Source: Minisyncoccota bacterium (GTDB taxonomy: Bacteria; Patescibacteriota; Minisyncoccia; Phycocordibacterales; GCA-2747955). From it: a stretch of DNA of 52,614 bases. Each line of letters opens with the position of its first letter. The first letter of the stretch is position 1. Below the pieces are notes generated by a model. It had not been told where the DNA came from. It did not search any database and saw only the letters and a list, made by a program, of their open reading frames with translations. Shown here one piece after another: positions 25,508 to 33,544 of this stretch. Made by a program: the position numbers and the translations under genes. The stretch is taken from the NCBI GenBank assembly GCA_020628915.1, contig JAHDEI010000004.1, forward strand, positions 1-52,614, given 5' to 3'.

Positions 25508-26329
25508 ATGAATCAAACACAGTCAAAATTAGCAAATTACGACCTTTTAGGTCTAATTGGCGAGACTGCGGACTATCGTGTATATGCTGCATATTGTAAA
25601 AGTGATAGGCGGGAATATTTTCTCAAAATCGCTTCGACAACTGCACATAATGGCATGTTAGAACGTGAAGCATTTGTATTGCGTGATCTCCGTTCAGAAA
25701 TGGAGGAAATTAACAGGCGATACAAAAGATCATCTGGATCAAAGAAAGGTTTGGGCTATAAACGGTGTTTTCCTGAATTGATAGATACATTTATATCTAG
25801 CGAGCAAGGAAACAGACGAGTGAATATCATTGCAATTTACGGGGCAGAATCTATCAAGGATCTGGTTCCAATTGAACAATGGCGTACTCGTGAGCATAAA
25901 CGTATTGATCCCAAATCAAGTGCGTGGATGATGGGAAGACTCCTCAAGATCTTAACGTTCACCAACATCAACGGTGTTGTGAACGAGAAAATCAATGGAG
26001 GAAATATTCTCGTGAATCCCTTTGAACATCATGTTGCACTATTTGATTGGACCCAGGCCCGTTATGTAAACGGAACTGTGCCCAAAAAAATTATTAAACA
26101 TGAAATAATGCAGGCAGCGCAACAAGTCGTCCTCGCTCTTGGGGGAGATCTACAAACAGGAGCGCTACCGCAGAGCGATCAACTCGTCGATAATCGATAT
26201 GCTGATTTCTTGAAACAATTAATGGATGGAAAAATTTCAAATTCGGATCATGCTGGAGAGAAATTTTACCTTCTCTTAGAAGACATCTGGGAGAAAGAAT
26301 TTCATCCGTTTACCACACATAACATCTGA
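25508..26329 (+). CDS. Protein-kinase-fold protein with a degenerate catalytic loop (candidate pseudokinase or atypical kinase)
   Basis: Strand-3 Lys in YFLKIAS, helix-C Glu in LEREAF, GVVNEKINGGNILV aligning with G-x-x-H-R-D-L-K-P-x-N-I-L-V (HRD becomes NEK, Asn kept), and FDW in place of DFG. GGAG lies 6 nt before ATG 25508. Confidence 0.6.
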   Translation: MNQTQSKLANYDLLGLIGETADYRVYAAYCKSDRREYFLKIASTTAHNGMLEREAFVLRDLRSEMEEINRRYKRSSGSKKGLGYKRCFPELIDTFISSEQGNRRVNIIAIYGAESIKDLVPIEQWRTREHKRIDPKSSAWMMGRLLKILTFTNINGVVNEKINGGNILVNPFEHHVALFDWTQARYVNGTVPKKIIKHEIMQAAQQVVLALGGDLQTGALPQSDQLVDNRYADFLKQLMDGKISNSDHAGEKFYLLLEDIWEKEFHPFTTHNI

Positions 26330-26350
26330 CCCCATACAAGGAGAATAGAA

Positions 26351-27475
26351 ATGGGAAAACATACGTTTACACGTACGGCATATGCCGCAACAATGAGCAC
26401 TGCAAAAAAAGCAGGCTCAGCAACACACAGAGGTGAAGAACGAATACGTCGTGGCCAAGGCCTTGACCCTCTTGTTGATCCGGCCGGCAACGGTCTGATT
26501 CGCCGCTCAATGGCGAGAAAAGATCAGCGCGAGGATGGCTTGTGGGAGATGACAGTGGGCACACCCATGCTCGTCGAAACACTCTTGGATACTACAGGTT
26601 CGATGGGAAGCAATGTTCGCATAGCTCTTGATCGACTGCCGCATCTCTATGACCTACTTAAAGAAAGTGACCGAGCAGTCTTGGATCGATACGATCTACA
26701 GATGATCACCTCAATTTTTGGTGATGTGCGCGACGAGTATATTCTGAACCGATCACATGCTGAAATGGGAGACAAAATCGCCGAACAAATGACGATGATG
26801 TACCCAGAAGGAGGCGGAGCCGGCAATGGGAAAGAAGACCCACAATATGGCATATTTGCAGCCGCATACTTAACTGCTGCTGAAACAAATGCCTACGGGC
26901 TTAAGACTTATCATTTTACTATTTCTGATGAGCCTATTTACGAAGAATATGACACCAATACACTCATTCGTGTATTTGGTGACACAGTCTTTGAAAAGGT
27001 TACAGAAAACGGTCACCCAATTTCTCGTGATGAATTACCCGACGTACAACAAGTGATTAATGATTTGCTCACACGAGCAAACGCATTCTTCTTGCAAGTT
27101 GATAATCGGACACCCGTCACAGAACAGTGGTCTCGTTTATACGGTAATGAGAGAGTTATTGCTTTGCCTGATGTAAGGCTACTTCCTCAGGTACAAGCTG
27201 CGGTAATCGGCTTAACCGAAAGCGTTTTGGATCTTGAGACGCTACAGGATTTCCTTGTAGCCAACAAAGTTTCAAAAACAGCAGCAAAGCAAATCGCTCG
27301 ATCTGTTTCTGGTATTCCAATTGGAGCACAGGCCGCTTTACCCGCTTTTGACAAAATCCTCAATGCAGGAGCTTTGTTTAAAAACAAGCGTGATATCAAA
27401 CCTGTTGGTCATCGTGATGATCCAGGTATGGCTATCGACGCAAAGCAGCCTGCCGAGTCTGGCGCCTGGTTATAA
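26351..27475 (+). CDS. von Willebrand factor A (vWA) domain protein with a MIDAS motif
   Basis: LLDTTGSMG (DxTGS MIDAS), a later Thr/Asp positions and FTISDEP. A basic N-terminal extension of about 75 aa. AAGGAG RBS. Confidence 0.7.
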   Translation: MGKHTFTRTAYAATMSTAKKAGSATHRGEERIRRGQGLDPLVDPAGNGLIRRSMARKDQREDGLWEMTVGTPMLVETLLDTTGSMGSNVRIALDRLPHLYDLLKESDRAVLDRYDLQMITSIFGDVRDEYILNRSHAEMGDKIAEQMTMMYPEGGGAGNGKEDPQYGIFAAAYLTAAETNAYGLKTYHFTISDEPIYEEYDTNTLIRVFGDTVFEKVTENGHPISRDELPDVQQVINDLLTRANAFFLQVDNRTPVTEQWSRLYGNERVIALPDVRLLPQVQAAVIGLTESVLDLETLQDFLVANKVSKTAAKQIARSVSGIPIGAQAALPAFDKILNAGALFKNKRDIKPVGHRDDPGMAIDAKQPAESGAWL

Positions 27476-27492
27476 CCAAATAGGAGGTGACC

Positions 27493-28872
27493 ATGAAAAA
27501 ACTATACATGGTTACTGATCTTGGTCCTGGTGATGGAGGCAAAGGTGGGGTAGTTCACAAACTATCTCATATGTCTGGTGCCCACACTATCGTAAAGGTA
27601 GGGGGGGCACAAGGCAGCCACGGTGTTCGTACATCCGCTGGTGATGCATTTGCATTTAGTCAGTTTGGCTGTGGAACATTCGAAGGTGTTCGTACTCATA
27701 TTTCGCCACGGTTTCTTATGGATCCCGAAGGGATCTATAGTGAGGGCATGGCACTACGTTATGAGTCGGGAGTAGATAATCCGTGGGCGTTGTTGTCTAT
27801 TGATGAATCTACTCTTTGTAAAACTCCATTCGATGGAATTGTCTCGAGGATAAAGGAGCTCGCGCTCCGTGATAACCCTCGAGGCACTATCGGAACAGGA
27901 GTCGGACAAGCCTATCGTAGAAACCAGTTGCGTCCCGATCTTTCTGTTTTTGCGTGTGATTTATATTCACCAGATCTCAGAGACAAACTCGAGATCATTC
28001 GTGAATACACAATAGACCTTCTGAACCCATTCGTTGAGGGAGACTTTTTCCCAGACGACCAGCAGCAGCTCAGCAGAGATTTGTCTTTGTTGAATGATCC
28101 TGGCCTCATCGATCATGTTATTAATCGATGGAGATTTGTGGCAAAAGAATGTCAAATTGTTGATACGGATTATTTCGCAAATGATTTGTTAGCTAAAGAC
28201 GGGATTGTGGTGGTTGAGAGTTCGCACGGCATCCTTACAGATTGTTATACCGGATTCCACCCTCATACCAGTGCAATTCGCACATTGCCTCATTTCACTA
28301 AGGCGATGTTCGAGCAGGCCCGGTATGACGGAGAAATAGTAAGCATCGGTGTTCATCGTGCTTATCAAATTCGTCATGGCGCAGGTCCAATGCCAACCCA
28401 CGATCCACAGATGGGGGAACGATTGCTGCCTGGCAGCAACAAGGACTCTAATCGGTGGCAGGGTGACGTTCGTGTGGGGCCTCTTGATCTTGTTGCTATG
28501 CGTTATGCATTAGCAGCGAGCGGAGAAGGTGCATACGATGGTCTTGCAATTACCTGGTTTGACCAAGTTCAGAAAAATGGACAATGGCAGTATGCAAACA
28601 AGTACGAGGGACCTCTTGATAATCAGTATTTTACTGAGTCAGGAGATATTCGTCTGCGTGTTGGTGATGATCGGGCACAACTTGATCATCTTGCTGCCTT
28701 AACTAAAAAACTGCAGGCCGTTAGGCCTACGGTAGAAACGGTTCCGCTCAATAGCGGTGCTACTCTGGACCAGCAGTTTGATTTGGTTGCAGAGACTCTT
28801 GGTGAACACCTTGGTGTTCCCGTGCGCATGATGTCGTTTGGCCCAACCGAACAAGACAAAATGTGTAAATAA
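27493..28872 (+). CDS. Adenylosuccinate-synthetase (PurA/PurZ) superfamily ligase, highly divergent
   Basis: Collinear with PurA: GDGGKGG (GDEGKGK), GGAQGSHG (GGHNAGH), GTIGTGVGQAY (GTTGRGIGPAY), ESSHGILTD (EGAQGTLLD), AYQIRHGAGPMPT (AYSTRVGAGPFPT), and FGPTEQD (TGPDRTE). The Asp-binding TTGRRRR and guanine-binding TKLD motifs are altered. AGGAGG RBS before ATG 27493. Confidence 0.85.
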   Translation: MKKLYMVTDLGPGDGGKGGVVHKLSHMSGAHTIVKVGGAQGSHGVRTSAGDAFAFSQFGCGTFEGVRTHISPRFLMDPEGIYSEGMALRYESGVDNPWALLSIDESTLCKTPFDGIVSRIKELALRDNPRGTIGTGVGQAYRRNQLRPDLSVFACDLYSPDLRDKLEIIREYTIDLLNPFVEGDFFPDDQQQLSRDLSLLNDPGLIDHVINRWRFVAKECQIVDTDYFANDLLAKDGIVVVESSHGILTDCYTGFHPHTSAIRTLPHFTKAMFEQARYDGEIVSIGVHRAYQIRHGAGPMPTHDPQMGERLLPGSNKDSNRWQGDVRVGPLDLVAMRYALAASGEGAYDGLAITWFDQVQKNGQWQYANKYEGPLDNQYFTESGDIRLRVGDDRAQLDHLAALTKKLQAVRPTVETVPLNSGATLDQQFDLVAETLGEHLGVPVRMMSFGPTEQDKMCK

Positions 28873-28903
28873 CTTTAACTTTACAGAAGAAAGGAGAACC
28901 GTC

Positions 28904-29875
28904 ATGGAAGACGCTCTCAAGAAAAAACTAACCGGAAAAGACGTTGGCATGACAAAGGATCAAGTTAAAAAACTTGAAACTGAAGCCGGCGTTCAAACCG
29001 AAGCAGACCTGGCAATGCTTTCTGATACTGAAATTAAACAGTACTCAGGCTGTACTCCAGTCGTTGCAAAAAAGGCACAAGCATCGGTACAACCTAAAGA
29101 GCCCGCAGCTGATCCCAAGGCCGAACTTGACGATGGGGCTGCACCAAGCTCTGCTCACGTTAATGGTTTTGCCCAACAGTTGGGGATTGATCCGATGATG
29201 GCCATGATGTTCTTTAACGGAACTCTTGGGGATGATATGGATCTCTCATCAATGATGCCGATTTCAATGGTTGTTGAAGGTTACAATCCAAAAGTCCGGA
29301 ACATGTTTTTAATGGCTATGGGTCATTTTGAACGACGATTCGGAGTACCAATTGTTGTAATTGACAGCAACGGGGGTATTAATAAGGCTCTAACTGCCGA
29401 ATATATTCAATCGTTGGAAGAAGGCCATGACCCAATGGAAAGCGCAATCTATCTTGACGGAGACGGCGAGCCGTATGAGCTCATTCGTGTCGGCGTTGAT
29501 GCACAAAGTGTATACGATGCTGATCCACTCAAGCCAGAAAAAGCCTTGCCTAAAAATGATATAGGCACAGGCCGAATTAAATGGAAAGGTGTCCCGCTTG
29601 AGGTACGACAAGTTGCATACTATGCCGTTACCCAGACTAAAGAGCTTGATCCATCAAATGATGCTCATCTCACTTGGTTGCGTGATAATGTAACAAAAGA
29701 CTCTAAGCGTCTTATGTTCCATGGACAAGCGCCAAAAGCGATTGCAGCCTACAATGATGCAGCTCGCACCGGTTCTCTGCCAACACTTCGTGTCATGCTT
29801 TCTCGTGGCCCACGCCGCAAAGAAATCATGCCTAGACGTCGAAGAAGGCCAGCTGGTTTAGCCGCTGATCTTTAA
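28904..29875 (+). CDS. Hypothetical protein (323 aa) with an Arg-rich C-terminal tail
   Basis: AAGGAG RBS 7 nt before ATG 28904. Last gene of the operon. Ends in RGPRRKEIMPRRRRRPAGLAADL. No family recognised. Confidence 0.65.
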   Translation: MEDALKKKLTGKDVGMTKDQVKKLETEAGVQTEADLAMLSDTEIKQYSGCTPVVAKKAQASVQPKEPAADPKAELDDGAAPSSAHVNGFAQQLGIDPMMAMMFFNGTLGDDMDLSSMMPISMVVEGYNPKVRNMFLMAMGHFERRFGVPIVVIDSNGGINKALTAEYIQSLEEGHDPMESAIYLDGDGEPYELIRVGVDAQSVYDADPLKPEKALPKNDIGTGRIKWKGVPLEVRQVAYYAVTQTKELDPSNDAHLTWLRDNVTKDSKRLMFHGQAPKAIAAYNDAARTGSLPTLRVMLSRGPRRKEIMPRRRRRPAGLAADL

Positions 29876-29881
29876 ACATAC

Positions 29882-29911
29882 AACCAGACAAGGCAACTTG
29901 TCTGGTTTTTC
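29882..29911 (+). terminator. Intrinsic terminator of the four-gene operon
   Basis: AACCAGACA-aggcaact-TGTCTGGTT followed by TTT. Confidence 0.8.
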
Positions 29912-29944
29912 TTTGAAATAAAAACACTCCGCTGCTGGAGTATT

Positions 29945-31828
29945 TTAAACATTTGGCAAAAAGACACGCTTGAGGAAAATTTCCGATGCTAGGCGTCTAT
30001 ATTGTGGATCATAAAATGCAGCATGACCATCAATGGCGTCTCCATGTTTAGTGTCCATCGGGCTTTTGATTGGGTAGTATCGTTCAAAACCTTTGTGGAG
30101 CAGTCTATATTGAACAGCGTCTCGCTCTATTTCCTCGAGCCATCGATCCTTGGTTGGTTTTCCATCAAGTTCTGCCTCAGGCGACTGTAGATAGTTAGGA
30201 AGAAGGTCATGGTAAAGAGTTTTGATGCTTTCACGGTCACCTTTCCATGCAGAACCAAGTAAGACATGCGCCCAGCTGCTGCTGCCGTCTGAGATCGTTG
30301 GATTTTCCCAGTCGTGAACTGATAGTCCGTTCTCGTTTTGATCTAACCAGAATTGTACAGCTTTTCCATCAATTTTTTCATGAGAGAAGACATTTTTTAA
30401 AGATTCTTCTAGTCGCTCTTTTTCTTCTCTTGGTGTACCTGGTTTGATAAAAACAGCTACGTCAGCGTCAGCTTCTGAGCGACCGTACCCTTTTAGTTGG
30501 GATCCAAATACTAATGTTGCAGGGTAGACGTGCTGCCCGAGATACGGATCGTTTTTGATTTGTTCCGACATAGATTCTACTTCTGCCAAGAAAGGGGCAA
30601 TTGATTCTAGGTTTTTCGAAAAGTCACCATTGAGATTTGGAACGTTAATCCCTGCTTGGTCCAGGACTTGTTTGCTAACAATTCCTTGGCTATGTAAATG
30701 AGAATACAATTTTGACAATGCGTCGTATGTTTCTGCAGTTTTTGATAGTTCTGTTGCAGAGGTGACCCAGTCTTTGTTTTGTTCAAATAGATCTGGATTA
30801 TCTGATGTCGCGATAGTAAGTGCTTCGACACATGCGACCAGTGAATCAACATCAAGAGAAGCTGCATCAGGCAATGAAGAGCCATTGAGGAGGTTTTGGC
30901 TAACAGTTGACGCAGCCTCTAGAATCGCTTTTTCAAAAGCTTGTTTTTTCAGCCACGCGTCACGTGCCACGGTTGTTCCCGCATCCTCTCTCTGGTCAAT
31001 CTCATGAATCTTTGTAGAAAGAATTTCTAACAGTTCTATTGTTTTTACTGGATCCATGGATTCATTGCTGTCTGTTTCAAATGTTTGCGCCGTAAGCTCG
31101 TGATACGAACCATTAAGGTGTATGTCGCGGGAGTCTCGCAACAGATCGATTTCTGCTTCAGAAATATTTCCCATATCCAACATTACTTTAAATGAATCGA
31201 TGATTCCTTGTTTTACCAAAATATCATCACTCTTTTCTGCGTACTGCACGGCTTCCTGGAAACTCATGTGTCCGTGTTCTACCAGCCCTGGAATCAAATG
31301 AGTAGCTTTGACTACTCGTGGATGGTCCTCTGTACGCAATTCAGGTTCCAAAATATTTCCATCAACAAAATTTGCCCGAACGTCATACGCTGTTAGTTGT
31401 GATTCCCATGCACGCCTGTAACTCTCAGAGAATGATTGTGCCGCTTTGGCTACAAGTGGGCTTTCGACATTGGAATCCTTTGAGGGAATTAATTCAAACG
31501 GCATATAAAGAGCGAGTCGACCATAGCCTGGTTCTTTGTCCATATACTGAGCAATACGAGTGAATGTTTCAGCAAGAGCTATTTCACTTATCTCACCATC
31601 AGCAAAGGAATCCATAACGTTTTTGCCAACTGGGACCGCCTGGACCAGCTGCTTATACGACTCTATGGCTGCGCTTTGTTCCTGAACTTGTTTGAGAAAC
31701 TCAGGGTTTTGAGAAATAGAAGTAGGCCAAATTTCAGCAGCTAGTTTTGGGTTAGTGAGAGACTCAATTGCTGGTTTTTCGAATGCTTCGATAGGAGGCT
31801 GCTCTTTGTTTTTAATAGACTCGATCAT
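29945..31828 (-). CDS. Large protein (627 aa) with a C-terminal Pol-beta-type nucleotidyltransferase motif
   Basis: FGSQLKGYGRSEADADVAVF (nt 30449-30508) fits the G-S-x(n)-D-x-D NTP_transf_2 signature. About 440 aa at the N-terminus are unassigned. Start set at ATG 31828, 6 nt after a TATAAT, so it is a leaderless candidate. The ORF-track GTG at 31846 lies inside the promoter. Confidence 0.65.
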   Translation of the reverse strand: MIESIKNKEQPPIEAFEKPAIESLTNPKLAAEIWPTSISQNPEFLKQVQEQSAAIESYKQLVQAVPVGKNVMDSFADGEISEIALAETFTRIAQYMDKEPGYGRLALYMPFELIPSKDSNVESPLVAKAAQSFSESYRRAWESQLTAYDVRANFVDGNILEPELRTEDHPRVVKATHLIPGLVEHGHMSFQEAVQYAEKSDDILVKQGIIDSFKVMLDMGNISEAEIDLLRDSRDIHLNGSYHELTAQTFETDSNESMDPVKTIELLEILSTKIHEIDQREDAGTTVARDAWLKKQAFEKAILEAASTVSQNLLNGSSLPDAASLDVDSLVACVEALTIATSDNPDLFEQNKDWVTSATELSKTAETYDALSKLYSHLHSQGIVSKQVLDQAGINVPNLNGDFSKNLESIAPFLAEVESMSEQIKNDPYLGQHVYPATLVFGSQLKGYGRSEADADVAVFIKPGTPREEKERLEESLKNVFSHEKIDGKAVQFWLDQNENGLSVHDWENPTISDGSSSWAHVLLGSAWKGDRESIKTLYHDLLPNYLQSPEAELDGKPTKDRWLEEIERDAVQYRLLHKGFERYYPIKSPMDTKHGDAIDGHAAFYDPQYRRLASEIFLKRVFLPNV

Positions 31829-31867
31829 ATATGTATTATATGACACAGTCTGTCAACAAGCAAAAAC

Positions 31868-31893
31868 AAAAGCCTCCAGGAGGCTTTTGTTTT
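31868..31893. terminator. Bidirectional terminator-like hairpin
   Basis: AGCCT-ccagg-AGGCT flanked by an A-run and a T-run. Confidence 0.6.
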
Positions 31894-32025
31894 ATGTGCG
31901 GAGTAGTCGAGGAAGTATGGAACTTATTTATACAGACTCCACTGACAAATAAATATGATTGGAAAAGTATTATAAAAACCACATCAGATAAACCATATTT
32001 CTACTAGCAAGTTATAAGAAAAAAC

Positions 32026-32040
32026 TACCCTCGGGGGGTA
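32026..32040. promoter_or_regulatory. CsoR-type operator-like palindrome, distal
   Basis: TACCCTCGGGGGGTA, a GC-tract palindrome of the TACCC-N-GGGTA type. Confidence 0.5.
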
Positions 32041-32131
32041 GGTGTGGTGATAGGTGCTATTAACTATTAATGGGGTTAGCTCCTTTAAAATTTTTTGCTT
32101 GTCCTAAACTTTTATAATAAACTTTGATTTA

Positions 32132-32146
32132 TACCCCCTAGGGGTA
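32132..32146. promoter_or_regulatory. CsoR-type operator overlapping the csoR promoter
   Basis: TACCCCCTAGGGGTA is a perfect palindrome. It abuts the TATATACT -10-like sequence and lies 13 nt upstream of the csoR ATG. Confidence 0.65.
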
Positions 32147-32158
32147 TATACTATTTAC

Positions 32159-32419
32159 ATGAAAAAGAATCAGAAATCATGCATCACTCGACTTAAAAAG
32201 ATTGAGGGACAAGTACGAGGATTACAAAAAATGATTGAAGAAGATGCATATTGTGTAGATATTATTACGCAAACAAGTGCCGTTCGAAGTGCTCTTAAAT
32301 CACTCGAGAACGTAATGCTTGAAAGCCACCTGCAGTCTTGTGTTATTGGGCAGGTAAAAAGCGGACAAGAAGATAAGGCGGTATCAGAGATATTAAAAGT
32401 ATATAAACTAAAGCGATAG
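32159..32419 (+). CDS. csoR: Metal-sensing repressor of the CsoR/RcnR/FrmR family
   Basis: 86 aa. RLKKIEGQVRGLQKMIEED.YCVDIITQ..AVRSAL..V...ESHLQSCV gives the family Cys-His-Cys ligand pattern. Confidence 0.85.
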   Translation: MKKNQKSCITRLKKIEGQVRGLQKMIEEDAYCVDIITQTSAVRSALKSLENVMLESHLQSCVIGQVKSGQEDKAVSEILKVYKLKR

Positions 32420-32420
32420 T

Positions 32421-32855
32421 ATGTTTTGGCAAACGTATAACAACAAACGTGTCTTCATGTTTCCACAGTGGATTACCCGACTCCCTTTTTGCAAAAATCT
32501 TTCAGGCATGTGGTACGGGGGTATAGTCTCAATTAGACGTGATTTATATGACAAATACAAACAAGACGGAGACGTAGAGATAGAGGGGTTGATTATTCAT
32601 GAACAGGAACATCTTGAACGGGCATCAAAAATGGGACACCTAAAATACACATGGAAGTACCAAACCAATAGCAAATTCAGATACGAGGAAGAGCTTGCTT
32701 GCCATGCCCCGCAGTTTAAGCTTTATCGAGAAAAACAATATCCTTTTGATTTAGATAACCGTGCCAAAATACTATCAGGCTCACTATATCGTAACCCTGT
32801 TCCCTATGAACAAGCTTACAAAGATTTATTAGACCTATGGAATAAATATGATTAA
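32421..32855 (+). CDS. Hypothetical protein with an HExxH motif (possible metallopeptidase-like fold)
   Basis: LIIHEQEHLERA. Starts 1 nt after the csoR stop. Family not recognised. Confidence 0.5.
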   Translation: MFWQTYNNKRVFMFPQWITRLPFCKNLSGMWYGGIVSIRRDLYDKYKQDGDVEIEGLIIHEQEHLERASKMGHLKYTWKYQTNSKFRYEEELACHAPQFKLYREKQYPFDLDNRAKILSGSLYRNPVPYEQAYKDLLDLWNKYD

Positions 32856-33342
32856 AGAAAAATACACAATTAAAGATTTTCTCCCGCTCATTTCTCTTTT
32901 TGTCCTAATTACTGCTGCTTCTGTTGTTTGGGTGATGTTGAGTGAAGGAGATTTCATGAGATGGATGGAACTGTTCATGGGGCTATTCTTTATCGTCTTT
33001 GGACTATTTAAAGTACTTAACCTCAAGGGATTCAAAGATGCATATCGCATGTATGATGTTATAGCAACGAAATATCCGTCCTATGGATATGCCTATCCAT
33101 TCCTTGAATTAGGGTTGGGGGCTCTCTATCTGTTGGCTCTCTATCCATTTGCAACAAACCTAGTAACACTAGCTCTTATGTCCGTATCAGCTTGGGGTGT
33201 GTATCTCAAGCTACGTAAGAAGGAAAAAATAATGTGTGCTTGTTTAGGAGTGGTGTTCAAGGTGCCCATGACATGGGTTACGTTGGTAGAAGACTTGCTC
33301 ATGGCAGGAATGGCACTGGTGATGTTACTAATAATGTTTTAA
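32848..33342 (+). CDS. MauE/DoxX-like polytopic membrane protein
   Basis: Four to five TM helices with a C-A-C-L-G motif. Overlaps the upstream gene by 8 nt. Confidence 0.55.
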   Translation: MIKEKYTIKDFLPLISLFVLITAASVVWVMLSEGDFMRWMELFMGLFFIVFGLFKVLNLKGFKDAYRMYDVIATKYPSYGYAYPFLELGLGALYLLALYPFATNLVTLALMSVSAWGVYLKLRKKEKIMCACLGVVFKVPMTWVTLVEDLLMAGMALVMLLIMF

Positions 33343-33347
33343 GAAAT

Positions 33348-33542
33348 ATGAATACAAAATTAATCGCAGGAAGTATAGTTGTCGTGGCACTCCTTATCGG
33401 TGGAGCGTTTCTTTTTAGCCAGGGTGGTTCACAAGTACCAGAAACATTTCAATATGTAGAAGGTGTACCTTGTCACTCTATGGGAGACTACTGGATGGGT
33501 GATTGTCAGTTTGACCGTAATGGTAATCCTACTAACCTATAA
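33348..33542 (+). CDS. Small membrane-anchored protein (64 aa) with a PCHxMGxxWMGxC motif
   Basis: One TM helix followed by VPCHSMGDYWMGDCQFDRNGNP. The same motif recurs in the oxidase N-terminal region. Start trimmed to ATG 33348. Confidence 0.5.
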   Translation: MNTKLIAGSIVVVALLIGGAFLFSQGGSQVPETFQYVEGVPCHSMGDYWMGDCQFDRNGNPTNL

Positions 33543-33544
33543 TT

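Noticed and set aside
27493-28872. The idea that the PurA-like gene is a phage PurZ marking a 2-aminoadenine (Z-genome) cluster.
   Set aside because: None of the companion genes of Z-clusters is nearby: no DatZ-type HD dATPase, no MazZ-type (d)GTP pyrophosphohydrolase and no DpoZ polymerase. No phage structural genes are visible either. PurZ relatedness can only be settled by phylogeny.
31894-32007. A 37-codon plus-strand ORF (MCGVVEEVWNLF..) in the spacer upstream of csoR.
   Set aside because: It has no RBS, no promoter and no terminator logic, and its composition is typical of non-coding DNA.
33234-33347. The upstream extension of the small CH-M motif ORF (ORF-track 33234-33542), and the 33463-33678 ORF.
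   Set aside because: The extension overlaps the end of the MauE/DoxX-like gene in another frame. The 33463-33678 ORF overlaps two better-supported genes.
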